The notes below the pieces were generated by a model. The model did no database searches. It saw nothing but the letters and a program-made list of their open reading frames with translations, and was not told the DNA's origin. From Tricharina praecox (taxonomy: Eukaryota), in the NCBI RefSeq assembly GCF_024521635.1, contig NW_026250411.1:1116001-1180000 (forward strand): a stretch of 64,000 bases of DNA. The letters run 5' to 3'. Below, in pieces: positions 12,602 to 27,577 of this stretch. Position 1 is the stretch's first letter. Each line of letters starts with the position of its first letter. The translations under genes and the position numbers were made by a program.

Positions 12602-14662
12602 TCATTCTTTTGTCTTTTGTTGCCGTCTGGCCCATCCCAACACATCAATTTTTGCTTCCAGCCTCCAGGCAGCCCCGACGTTCACGCGGAAAGCGATGTG
12701 GGATGTGGGAGCACCGTGTTTGCAGCCAATACGGTCCCCAGTCCCTTGCGGAATCCAACTCGCGCCCAAATTCCCAATTCCTCACACCGGCGACGTAAGG
12801 AGCCACCAACAACCTCCGACGTGGTAGCTGCCCCACCTCCCCCGCAGCCGCAATCAAGATTTCGTATGCATAAGTTGTGCACGTCCAGCTCGTCTCGACT
12901 CTCTCGCCTGTCAAGTCTCGCCTCTCGCTACCTAGCTCGTGCGATTGCATCTTTCTCGCATCTTCCTGGGAGGATGTGCAGGTGCAGGTGCAGGTGCAGT
13001 TTGCACTTTGTCGATTCCAGGCTCCATGATACGTACAATACGTAGACAACAAGCAACAGGCAACAGGCAACAGTTGATACGTGATAAGTGATAGGCTGGA
13101 ATTGAGTTTTGGGTTTTGACGAGCAAACATGCTTCTGCCTCTGCGTCTGTCTGTGCCGCTGTACGTGCTTCTGCCTGTAATTCTGCCTATGTCCGTGCCT
13201 CTGTCTGTACCATCCGGGCGACGAGCACCGCCGCTGTGGGTCGACCGGGCGACGATCAAGCGACATGTCAGATGTCAGATGTCAATGAGTGCACGGTTTG
13301 CACGGTTTTGCACTCCACTGCGCTGCACTGTAGATACCGCACCGCATAGCATTGAACTGCACTGAACTGCATTGAACTGAACTGCACTACACTGCACAAC
13401 ACTACAATGCACAACACTGCGCACGGAGGTAGAGTAGAGTACCTAGCGGGTAGGTACCGACGTACCGTAGCATCGGCCCGGGACTCGACAGGTATTGCCC
13501 AAGTACTGATCGCGACCGGCCTAGACGGTAGAGTAAGTTGCAATATCGTTTCGGCACATATTGTTGTACATATTTTATCATTGCATTCAGCTCAACTTTA
13601 TCAGATCATGGCAGTTATTAGACCACGGCGAGCACACAAGTATTCCATCCAAGTTCCTGTCCGCGTTTCCACCCAGTCCGCGCCTCTTCAAAGCTTCCGA
13701 AGCATCTCGAATCCAATTTCTCCCTCCATATCTCCCTCACTCTCGGGCACCGAGTACCACCCCATGACGCACAAGCACAATCACATCATCGCGCAGTCCA
13801 TCTCTTCTCTTCTGACTTCATTACCGTTGCTACCATTCCTTTCCTTTTCTAGCATGCCTATCGTATCCTATGCCTATGCCTATGCCTACATATCCCTATG
13901 CCTATAAATACAGCCTTCTCGTCTTCCCTCCATTCCTCCACCGCAACCCACCCACCGACCCACCCTCCCATCAACCTCCACCCCCACCAACCCTCAGTTT
14001 TTACCATGCCGAGCCGAAACAAAACCCAGGCAGACCCAAAAGAAAAGAAAAGTAACGAAAACGACGTAAGAAACGTAAGAGAAGCGTAAGAAACAGTGAG
14101 AAGTTCCCCATCATCACCAATGCGGCATGAAAAAAGACGGCCGAAAAAAAAAGATATAAAACGCCAGAAAAACCCCCTACGCCTACACATACCCCCGGAG
14201 CATCGATGTCGAGAGAGATAGAGAGAGAAACGGCGGTACGGTACGGCGGAAACACACCCTAATTAACCCTTCATCTCGGGGAGCAGCATCAGCAATCGCT
14301 CATTGAAACCACCAGTAATACTAACCAAATGGACAGGAGCAGAAAAAGGGGAAAGGGCAGGGCAGGGCAGTAAAGACGAAGGAGACGGCCAGGCAAACCC
14401 ACCATTAATGTGCCCCCATCACTAAATGGTATAAGCGTGAATGTGTAAGGGTAGTTGGTAGCAAGACAACAATTATACAGGCGTTCCTCTAGATTGTTGG
14501 GAAACTAAATCAGAATCCGATTCAAAAAGAGCGCAAAAAAACTCCATTCTCCGACCAGCCCGTCCGATGTGCGCCTTTTACCTCAAGTCCACCTCCCCCT
14601 CCCTTTTTCCGAATCCCAAATGCCAAACTAATTAATGCCACAGGAATGATGCGTCGCAAGCC

Positions 14663-16182
14663 TTACAATACGAGTGTTTTTAGGTTGGCCTGAAGGATCA
14701 TGTCCTGAACACTGGCCATGGTCTTCTTGAGAAGGTTCGTGTCGGTGGCGTTGGTGAGGTGCACGTAGATGTCCTGTGAATATTGCCATTAGACGCATGT
14801 TCCGATTCTCACGATGTAGAAAACCCCCACCTTGCCCGAGTTTCGGTTGAGCCTCTTGAAGTTCTCCTGGAAGAACTCGGAAGCCTGCTTGTACGACTTG
14901 GGGTCGCCCTGGTAGTCGGGAAAGTACTTCTTGACGGGCGAAATGAGGAGCTTCTGCTTGAACAGATCGATCTTGTTGAGGAACAGGATCATCGATGTTC
15001 GGATGAACCACTGCGAGTTGCAAATGCTCTCGAACAGCATCAGGGCCTCCTGCATTTGGTTCTGCAAAATATTGTTCAGCGACTTCCCTCCCCCATTCGG
15101 ATCAGCAGTCCGAAAAGACTTACTGCGTCCTTATCTTCCACCAAACACTGATCGTATCCACTGATCGCAACCAAGAACAAGAGCGCGGTGACGTTCTCGA
15201 AGCAGTGAATCCACTTCTTCCGTTCCGACCTCTGTCCACCCACATCGAACATGCGGTACGTCAGGGTTCCGAGGTCGAAAACCGTCTCGGTGATTCCCGT
15301 CGTCTTTAACCGAGATCGCAGGATATCTTGATCGGTCGGGAGGAATTCTTTGGCGAATAACCGGTCCAGACTCTCGAAGAAGCTGGAAAACACACCCCGT
15401 CAGAAAAACCCCCAAACCAGCCGGAAAACGTGAGAGGTTATTCTCACTATATCAAGTTGTCATGCAGCGCAAACTCGTTGCCCCTCTTGACGGCTTTCTG
15501 CACTCCCAGATCGCTCCAAAGGCTCCGGAAAGCAACGTGGTACTCCTTCGGGAAGGGCTCGCCCCGACTCAATTCCCTCTCCATGATAACCAGGTCGACA
15601 TAAACCTGCGGGAGTCAAGTCAGCAAAAACTTGAAATTCTAGGTTCTCGCGGACAGTTGACTGCCACACATACCTCGTTCTCTTGTCTCTCCAGAGTGAG
15701 GTCGTAGATCTCCATCGCCTCCAGGATGATTTTCAAAGAATCCAGTAGGTTCGAGAAAATGATGACCTGCGCACAATGTCAACAACGATCCTCAACATCA
15801 TCATCGAAGCTCGCTCGCTCATGGAGCTGTGTGCAGGCTAACCTTGTAATCCTCCCTGCAGGACCAGTAAAGTCAGTACTACTCAATGCGACGAAACGGG
15901 AAGTAGGTAGCCTACCTATCATTCTTCGAGAAACCCGACGCATGAATCAGTTTCATCTGTTTCAGGATTGTAGATTTGCCACTCTCTCCAGCGCCTATCA
16001 TGTCGCAGCCGGCGCCGGTTAGCAAAAGTTCCATTCCGTTGACCGCGGCGCGCCGGTTTCGACTTACCCAACAGCAGCAACTTCACTTCCTTCGACATGC
16101 GCTTCTCATCCTGGCGAATGACCCTCTCGATCTCGCGGTGCCGTTTCGTCTCGGCGTCGGTTTCTCCGCCGCCCATGCACAT
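14663..16182 (-). CDS. gna-2: Heterotrimeric G-protein alpha subunit, fungal group II (GNA-2/GanA-like); multi-exon
   Basis: Motifs [63 protein letters not shown] and HLTNATDT. The MCMGG start lacks the Gly2 myristoylation site, consistent with group II. Confidence 0.93.
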
Positions 16183-18063
16183 CGTGATGAAGAAGCGAGC
16201 CAGCTTGGATAGACTAAAACCTTTGGGCGCAGGCCGGGCTCTGGCGGATTGGGCTTTGACGGCGGCGGCGCGGGGGTTCGCCAGGGCGAAGTTGTTGTTG
16301 GTTGTGGTGGTTGTGGTTGGGGTGGTGGTCGTTGGGTTCGCAAGGTGAGAGGTGGTTTGGTGGCAGCGACGAACCCTCGAATGACGACAACGTAAGTGGA
16401 GACGGACTAAAGTTAGGCTTGACACATGCAATCAATCTCGCGTCGCGGCTTCGGTTGCGTTTCGTTTCAAAAGAACAAAGAACAAGCAGCAAACAATAAT
16501 TAAAAAAAGAAGCGGGTTCCAAATATGGGTGTGTATCTGACAGCAGCGGGAAGCACAGATCCCGGGACGGAGATTCGGGTTCGGCGCGGAAAGATGTGCT
16601 GGAATGGCTCGGTGGGGTGGCGATTCCGGGGAGACGGGACGGATCAAGGCAGCACTAGAGAGATGAGATGAACGGGCAGCGAACCAGCTAGGAGATGGTG
16701 CCTAGATTGCTGTGAATGTGTGGTGGTTTTCCGTCGATATCGATCAATATCGGACAGGGCGTAAACAAATGGGCAAGTGAATAACAACTGAGTCGTTCCG
16801 TGTCGACGTCGGCGAGGAGTGGAAGGCGGCAAGCGGACAGTTTGAATGGATGAGCAAGGTGAATGGACGAGCAGGGTGAATGGATCGATGAGTGAACGTC
16901 TTGGTCGTAAGCCGGCGCGGAGAGTGTGAAGCTGAGTTAGCGGGTGAGGACTAATGGCGATGATAGTGGTAGTGGTGGATCGTTCGGACGGAGATATCGA
17001 AGCGTAAAGAAGCAGTCAGCCAGTCGTCGTCGTCGTCGCATGCATGAACCGCTAACTAGTACGTCGTGATGGTGATGTCGGACGTATGTACGTTGAAGTC
17101 GCCGTTGGGGAGTGCTGCGGACTCCGGGGGAGGGAACGGTTAATGATATAGGTGACTGGGGAACGACGGTGCGCCATGTCTGGTCGTTTAGCTCAGCACT
17201 TGGAGCAGTTGCCTAGGTAGTCCATGGTTGACTGCTATCGAGGGAGGCCCTGGCCGAGCGAGTCCGCCAGAATGACGAACCCTGTTCCCATCCACTCCAG
17301 CGTATCCATCTCACTAGCATACCTACTCTACAGACATGCTAACCAAGTACCCAACTACGGTACTTGCTCTACTCTGCTCGACGCCTCGATGCCTGCCCAT
17401 CCATCTGCATTTCTGCACCCAGCTACCACTCTAGCTTCATCCGAGGGTCCACCACCGGGGAAGACGAGCAATGCCAGTAAGCCCTCCCCCGGCGAGCGAG
17501 CGAATCACGGCCAGCACCGAATTGCTGCATACATCACCGTACCGGTTCGCACGCCTCACACCTCCCGCTCCGGGTCAAGGTGGATGCTGCACTGCTCTGG
17601 AATACGGGTGCTGCTGCGGAATACTTACGGGTGCGTCGAGACGTGATCCCCCGAGCAGGAAGGCCTTCTCTCTGTTCTCATGCTTCGTGGACGAGGGGCT
17701 AACCCAACAAACCATAGTAACGGGGTACAGTGGATCCTCGCTATCGGAGCGTGCGTGCGTGCAGAGCATGGGAGATGCGTACCTGCAGTCAAGTACTTCC
17801 ACGCCGAGGAAGGGAATCTCTAGTGATTACCATGCAATCATAAATAATGATAAACCTTCAGACTAGAAGATGCCGTGAGTATGTGCTCCGTGTAGAGTGT
17901 CCGAGTGAATACTTACTTACTCACAGACATCCGCTAAGAAATCCCACCTGCTCCCTCGCATCTCGCGGAGCACGCCACTTTGCCCCGACGACCTGCTGTG
18001 GAGTACTGTAGATACTTACAAGCTACTTTACGTTCCATGGGTCTCGGTACACATCGTTACAAA

Positions 18064-18164
18064 CATCTGCCTCTCGCCTCAGCACTCTGCACATACGAAC
18101 AATCTGCCTCTCGCCTCAGCACTCTGCACATACGAACAAACATCTGCCTCTCGCCTCAGCACTC
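18064..18164. repeat. ~38-40 bp tandem repeat, ~2.7 copies (ATCTGCCTCTCGCCTCAGCACTCTGCACATACGAAC)
   Basis: Read directly from the sequence. Confidence 0.9.
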
Positions 18165-19170
18165 AGCACTCTACGCACTACGCCGTTCCCGGTCTCTCAT
18201 CCGCACGCAAGCATCTACCTACGGTAGTTACATCACCCACTCGACAAGCCCGACAAGCTCGACACGTGCGGACGGATGGGCACGCAACCCGGTCCAGGGC
18301 ACCACGAGACGAACAGGTTCGACCAATGTCTCACCACGTTGGGGTTCTTTGGGAGTCTGACTACCACGCGTTTGTCATCTTCGGCTCGGATCCCCCTCTC
18401 GTGCGCGCCCCTCTCGTGCGCGCCCCTCGCTCCCCTCGCTCCTACCACAGATCCTCCTCCCTCCCCACCTCCCTCCCAAACGAACGGCGGAGAACTCGCT
18501 AGAGCGAACGGGGATGGGGGTTTCGCAATCCTCACGGCCCTACGCCGTCGGCTCTCGCTATTTTTTTTCTTTCTCTCTCTCGCCTCTCACGTCGACCGAC
18601 GAGACCTCGTGTTCGAGAGAGCGTTCTCACCTACTTCGTGTCGAGTGCCCGAAGTACCCACGAAAAATGGCTAAAAAGCCGGCTGAGCACGGCTCCGTCG
18701 TATGCATACATACCTCGTCGAGAACGCCTCCTTCTTTCGTAGTGCACTGCATGAGGAAGGGTCTCGGGGAGGAGGGGAGGGATGGATACATATGAAGACC
18801 TGCCTGCCTGCCTTTCTGCAGCTGGCTTGCTTACTCTACTTGCAGTGGTAGGTATGATAGTTACCGAACTTCCGGAACGTTTCAACCGTACTCTAGATAC
18901 CGTACCGGGATTGAACAGAGTGCCTACCGGCATATGACTTGTGTAGTATAACCGCAGGCAGGTGGTCTCGGATATGGTGCGTGCCACTAACCAGAGCATC
19001 TATGCGATGGAGGGATGGATGCGATGCGATGCGATGGTTTTTACGCAGGTGATGGTCCAGAGTGGCAGGTACCAGGCTGGAGTGACGGGTAGTCTGGCGG
19101 GTAGGCTGGTAGGCACTCTGGCGGCAGTCTGGCACTCTGGCAGGCAGTCCGGAGTGGCAGGTAACTTATG

Positions 19171-19287
19171 GCAGGCGACTGGAGTGGCAGGCGACTGGAG
19201 TGGCAGGCGACTGGAGTGGCAGGTGACTGGAGTGGCAGGCGACTGGAGTGGCAGGCGACTGGAGTGGCAGGCGACTGGAGTGGCAGG
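19171..19287. repeat. 16-bp minisatellite (GCAGGCGACTGGAGTG) x7
   Basis: Seven units, one carrying a C>T change. Confidence 0.95.
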
Positions 19288-22200
19288 TAGGTACTCCATA
19301 GTACCGTACCTAGTCTGGAGAAGGTAGCTACTTGTACTGGTCCCTACAGACGACGACAAGCTCACCATCGCCATCTCGTTCGATTCGTTGACTGGATCCC
19401 AACTGGCGAAACTGGCGAAACTGGCGAGCCCATCTACTCGGCAGTCACGGCCGTTCAACCAAGATGGGCTCATCTTCATCCTCATCCGTACGCATGGAAA
19501 AAGTCTTGCACTTGTGTACTCTACTCGTGGAAGGGGGGGGGGATGGGGGTGGCGTGAGCGCGAATGGGGACCGCTAACTTCTAAGAGCAACTAACCATAG
19601 GTAGTACATGGGTAGGAACGAATACTCTACCTAGATCACGTCAAATGTTTCTGATTTGTAGATGGTGGAGCGCGCTGAGGAAGAAGAAGAACAAGTCGAA
19701 GAAGTCGAGGAAGAAGAAAAAGAACAACCCAAAGAAGATGAAGGAAGATGAGGAAGATGGAAAAGAAGATGAAAGGAAGCGAAGATCGCGCCGCCATCGC
19801 CACTGTTGTTGGCTTGGGAGGCGATGGCGGGGTTTTATTGGTCCTCCGTCTGAATCGTGCTGCTTTGTGGGGTCCTTCTTTTCTTTTCTTTTGTCTCCGT
19901 CTCTCTCTCTCTCTCTCTCTCGTTGCGGAGGGAGGGATGGAGAGAGGGAGGGAGGTCAAAGCGGCCCTTCTTTTGTCGACAACCTGAAGACTTTTTTCTT
20001 TCCTTTTTCTTTCCTCTGCCCTTTCTTCTTCCACACTCCCTCAACTCCCTTTTACATATCCCGGTCTGACGTGGACTGGAGGGGAGCGCATCGGTCGGAG
20101 CCGAAACTCCATGCGTCCTCTTCTGGAGGGAGGGCCAAGGGCCAAGGGCCAAGTGCCAAGTGCCGAGAAGACCCGAGATTCGGCAAAAAGCAAAGAAAAT
20201 GAAAGGAAGAGAGATCCTTCAGCCGTGGGTGGGTATGTGGATGTTGTCGAGCCATCTCGAACCGGAGTATGGTAGATGATTATCTACCCATCTCGCCATC
20301 TCGCCATCTGGAGGCGTTGGTGGTGACGCTGCGCACTCCCCAGTGGTTGGTAGAGTGCCGTACATACCGGTAGACAAACGTCGTCGTCGTCGAAGCGGGG
20401 ATGCCGCCGATTCTCCAGAGTCCAGACATCCGTTCTGTGTAAGCGAACGGCGGGAGCACTCAGCACTCAGCAGACGTCTCAGGGCTCAGGATCCCAAATT
20501 AAGGCGACTCACCACGGAGGGGGTTTCACGAGCGACGGGGGCTCCAGGTTTCCGATAGTATGTAGAGTACTCTACTTTGTACCGGTAGGCAGGTAGGTGT
20601 GCATGTAGGTGGGTGTGCATGTTGCCCAAATCTTGAGACATGAGATGCGGAGACGCATCACCGGACTTCGATACCTACCGGTATCTATACAGCTTGTCCC
20701 TGCCTACCCGCCTGCCTTCCTGGATGTCTTCTGGATGCTTTCCTTCCTAAATGCTCAGCGGTCGCGAAGATACCCAGTGTAGGAACTGTAGAGTGGTATG
20801 TACCGGTACTCGGGAGCCAGTGCCCACAAAGTTTCAAACCAGACTCTGTCACGCTGTCACGCCGCCACGGAGGGAACCCGCTCGCTCGCTTGCGCTTGCG
20901 TTCGTCTAGAGTACTAGTACAAGCCGACTACTACGCCCAGTGTAGCATAGATATCTCGGTATCGTCGCTTGCCGGGGACTGGGCCGCTGGTCGGGTGCGG
21001 GTAGATGGTAGAGTGCGGTACGTACGTATGCAGGGCAGGTATCCGCATATTATTCGCAGCTGTTGCGGATTTGCGGATTTGCAGGCTGGAGGATTGGACG
21101 GCTGGAGATGCCGAGGCATAGCTGGTTTGCTGGCTGGCTAGCTGTCGAGAATCGTGCGCAATGCATATGTAGATACATCCTATACATATACCTGGGCATA
21201 TAGTTATAGATACCGGTACATCTAATTGGAAACTGTGGAACACTGCAACGCCGAAATTCACCGCCGACCCGAGGGCCATGGGCCATGAGCCGTGATACAA
21301 CACTGAGAATATTGACGGTAGCCGACCCCAATACCGTAGGTATGTAGTTACATATGTACCTATCTCTCGGCAAATCCTCCAGCTCCAAGTCGATACGATG
21401 CGATATGTACGATACTTCCCCCACGTATGCAAACGAGCATTAACCTAGGTTGGAGGCGAGACCGGAGGTGGAGACGTACGTACGTAACTACGTCCGAGAG
21501 TCACGATGCTAATCTACTATATTTTGCCTACTGAGTACTCCACCTATATCTATGCATACAACTACTCCACTGTGGATCCACCGTGACTTCGCGGGGCTTT
21601 TTTTCCTGTTCCGTCAGCTATTCAGACGCCCAGACATCCAGACACCCAGACATCCCGCTCCGATCGTGAATGATAATGGAACCGGACGGCTGCTAACTGC
21701 TCTAGTAGGTAGATAGGTCGTTGGGTATGTAGGTCGTTGGAGTTTGCTATCGATCGCACGGCCACTCTACTATGTATATCTCATCGGTCGCGGTGCTGGT
21801 TGCTAGATACGGTAGTCTACTGCGTGTCTGCGGCGTCGTGCAGAGTTGCTTTTTTCCCGTCCATCTGCCCAGTGTCCAATGTCCAAGCCTTTGCAGTGTG
21901 CACTGGGGCGTAGTCTGGGGCGGGGGAACGCTGATGATGATGATGATGATTGGTCACGTCACATATAGTCCGCTCCACTTCATCCCATCTCCCCCTCCAG
22001 GTTGGACTTTGGACTCTGAACTCTGGACAGTGGAGACCTGCATCGAAGCTTCGATTCATCGTTCAGCGCCCGCTTTTCTTTTCTTTCGTCATGCAGGCAG
22101 TGCATACCGGCACTTGTGGCGAGTCTGCGAGTCGATCTGCGACCAAGCCACGCCGGAGATGGTGGATTCGCCGAGACTGGACTCTGGAGAATTTCGAACA

Positions 22201-24145
22201 TGTCTAACCGCCCCTCCCTGGAGTCCCTGGAGTCCCTGCTGTGCGGTACTGGTACCGTTACCGTGGGGAGTACCCGCTCGAGTGGAACATCTATGTAATT
22301 AGATACTTCATATGTACCGGCAATTCGCGGTGAGGAGATCTCAATCTCGGTTCCGACAGACCCGTTAGAGTAGACCGACCCGTAGACCGTTCCACGCACC
22401 GCCCCAGTTAGTCATTGGTCAATCGACGGAGCAGCTGCCAACACGTCGAGTGATGCATACACGCAGAGTACCATACTCTATGTACCTGGTGGATCGTGTG
22501 GCGTGTGGGTAGGTAGCACAGGGTGGATCCGTGCTTGGACCTCATGCCCTCCTCCTCCTCCACCGCCGCCGCCGCCGCCGGCAGAAAATTTCGTTGGATA
22601 CTCACCAATGGAGTGCATATACCGGCAACTATGTAGCCACTGGAGCCAAAGTCCAAACAACGGCGATCTACGCAGCCATTCGTCCATCCATTCGTCCATA
22701 GGACATACACTTGCTTCTTCACGGCATGTCCTATGCATTGTGTACCTAGCACGCCGGTGTGGCGAGCAAACACCCCAAACACCCCAAACAAGTCAAACAA
22801 GCCAAACAAGCCAAACAAGCGTCACCACCACTCAGCAGTGCGCACCCACCGCTGGGCACGCATTTACAGTACAATACATGGTTTTGTAAAACCCCGGAGG
22901 TTTCCACTCTCGTAGCTAAATGTGCGTGGCCCCGCGCCACGATATGTATGCATATATACTCTAGTTAGAGCACCGGTGCCGATAGTGGTTACATCTCCGA
23001 ACGGATTGGATTGGATAGGCACATGGCGTGGCACAGATGGCACATGGGAAGGGCACATGGGAAGGGCACTTGTCGCACGTTGTCGGACGACGCCTGTTCA
23101 GAAGGCGTTTCTAAATCCGAATGTGAATCTTGGTGGCCTGATGGCTTACAAGTTGCAAGTTGCAAGCCACCCAGAGCATGTGCACAGCGGGAATTGGGCA
23201 TTGGGCATTGGGCATCGGGTGGGATTCATCAGGATTCATTCATGGCTACTTTGGCAAGCCCCTTCCAATTATACCTATTTTCTGAGGCAAAGGAAAGTTG
23301 CAAGTGCACGCTCGAAGCTCCCCGCTCAACGCTCGACGCCCATGAGTCGTGTGTCTAAGCGCGCCACCCCCCGTCCCCCCACCCCCCTCCCCCCTCCCCC
23401 GCGAAATTCGGATGAACCAAACCACGATGATCGTCCGCGACCCAAGTGCAGAGAACTAACTCAGCGGACCCATTCCCAGCTCCCAATTCCGAGCTCCCAA
23501 TTCGCGCGGTGTTCCAGTGCGTTACATATTCGATGCCATGTGATAGGTAACTACCCAAGTAGGTATACGGAGGTCTGTGCGTTCGCATTGCGCAGAACCC
23601 AGTGGTGAGTGGTGAGTGGTGAGTGGGTGGGCGCCGGAACGTGGCGTTTTTTCCGGTGCGAGAGCGCCGCTACTTACATACGGCATGCTGTATCCATGAT
23701 TCCATTCGCGTCCTTGAAGCAGATATTGGAGTATGTACGGTTGTGGAGCACTCGGTGGATAGTGGATGGTGGAGGGTCGAGGGTGATCAGAAGACCGGCT
23801 TCACGAAATCCCCAGAGAAGACGTTCTGTATGTACAAACCGACTGTGTACCCAAGGTAAATCAAGTCATGGATTTCAGATTTCTTCATGGTTGCATTCCG
23901 ATTTCCAGATTGGGGGGTTACTCAACTCCATGGTACCCAATGTACTTCGGCTGTCGTCTTCATCTGGCCATCAGTCGCTCATCAACTGGGCTGGAGGTCC
24001 ACCAAGCGCATCACGTTACGCACGTCTGCTTTTACATCACTCGCGCCCAAGGGTGTATCCCAACCAAATCCCATTGTACTTTTATCTAACAACCCGAACC
24101 TTTTACCTGATCTCCCAAAACACCCCATGGGTAGGGGTTCTCCAT

Positions 24146-25740
<1,595 letters not shown>

Positions 25741-26549
25741 TTTGATAGTGCGCGTGTGTATAGAGGGTCTATGATGCGATTGACGACACCATATGTCAGC
25801 TTTAAACTCCAGCAATCAAACAACTCGCCGATGCCCGCCGCCCAGCGCTCCCCACCGCTCAATGGCACACATCAAACATCGATTCGGGGGACTAACCGTA
25901 GAAGAGATGCTATCGACGGTGCGAATCGGTATGCTTTGGAACGAAGTAGAGAGTGAATGGTGGGTTTGAGAGCGGAGCAGGAAAAGAATGGCTCTGTGAG
26001 TCTAGTGGGGCTTCGATTTTTTTTTGTTTGGAGGGGTAATGCCAAGCGCGTACACGTGATTTGGAGAAGCTTTGTGCATCTCACCGTTTCGGTGGCCGGC
26101 GTTGGCCGCGGTGTCATCCAGGTACCAGCATGTACGTGGGTGGAGAGGTATTTCCCTCATCTCTCTAGAGAAGATTTCCCTCACTCTACACGTGCGGCAT
26201 CTAAGATTCGGCGACACCCGCGATGGATCGTTGATTTGTTGGATCTCCGGACTCCGGAGTCCGCAACGGTGGTGGGCTATTTATATCTTCGTAAACGGGC
26301 ACAATCATTATAACTCACTCGGCGCACGACTCATTGTCGCTGCCGACTCAATCGAGCAGCATTGAGGAGATAGAAACTCAGATCGATATGGGGGTTGCTT
26401 GCACAAAAATTAGCATCGGTCTCGAGCCCACAAGGTTCTGGTGAGTACGCGTGCCTCCACAACTGGCCACTTGTGAAGTGCTCTCGACTCTCGACGGTAT
26501 CAACGGCCTCCCATTACGTTCGAACACATGTTGTCCACCATTGCAATAA

Positions 26550-27362
26550 CTACGAAATCTTCTCTCCACATCTCAACTTCTGGAAATTGACATCTTTCAC
26601 CAGCTCTTCCCACCACCTCTTCCTGCCATCATCCTCAAACACCTCACCATCCTCCTTATAGTAATACTCATCATCATCCAGCACACGCATATCTCCCTTT
26701 TCCCACGGGACAGTTCTGTGCGGTCCCTCAAAGCAGTACGGCATGCGTTCCTCTACCGGCTCCATCCACTCTTCTTCCCCATATTCCTCCTCCTCGTACG
26801 TCGTCCCACAACACGTGAACGTTCCACGCGACGGCTCGCCAAAGTGCTTCACCCTGCACATTTCGGCATCCGGCCCGTTGGCATCGAAGGTCACATGGCA
26901 ATAGATGCAGTGCTCCAGCTTCTTCGCGGCCTACAGTGGGAACACACACTAAGCTTAGCCGTGCGTCCAATGTCCAATGTCCATATGTATTATGCAATGG
27001 GAAGGAAAAGTTTGTTTTTCTGCTGGATTCCAAACAACAGAATTGGTGCGAACACTCAGATGTGGAATACGTGTATTCTCGACAAGCGGAACAACTCCGG
27101 CAGCAACGAATGGATGGGCCTTCTTTCCAGGAGGGGGGGTGGGGGTAGGAGCGAGCTACCTTCGGGTACGCTATACTCAACAATGTTGCGCGTAGAGTGG
27201 TCGCGTCGAGTTTTTCTAGCTGCGATTCGAGCGCCCTGGACGTGGGGTACTTTGTACGCAGGGTTGTGAGCACGTCGTCCTCCTCTGGGGCGGTGTGGAG
27301 TTTTTGGCGGAGACGCCATGGCTCGACGGGGAGAGAGGGGAGGCGGGGCGTTTAGGCAGCAT
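26550..27362 (-). pseudogene. tRNA-adjacent Cys/His-rich (putative Zn-binding) protein gene, copy A; 2 exons with intron 26931-27159; 1-nt frameshift in an A5 run at 27301-27305
   Basis: MLPKRPASPLSPS..., then after the shift VLTTLRTKYPTSRALESQLEKLDATTLRATLLSIAYPK|AAKKLEHCIYCHVTFD...CRVKHFGE...FTCCG...PYCFEGPHRTVPW...RWWEELVK...KLRC. It is paralogous to 40121-40771. The frameshift may be a homopolymer sequencing error. Confidence 0.75.
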
Positions 27363-27504
27363 TGGAGTGAAGGTTGGTTGCTGGACGCGTCTGAGGGATG
27401 CGAAGAGAGTATCGAAGTTGGAGCCTTGACGCCACGTAGCCTCGCAAAAAGGAAGCCTAACTACTAGCACCCTAACCACTAATGGGCAAAAAACAAAAGA
27501 TGAA

Positions 27505-27577
27505 AGCCCCACGCGGGGGTCGAACCCGCAGCCTTAAGATTAAGAGTCTTACGCTCTACCGATTGAGCTAGCGAGGC
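27505..27577 (-). tRNA. tRNA-Lys(CTT), identical to 12529-12601
   Basis: Exact reverse complement of the first copy. Confidence 0.97.
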
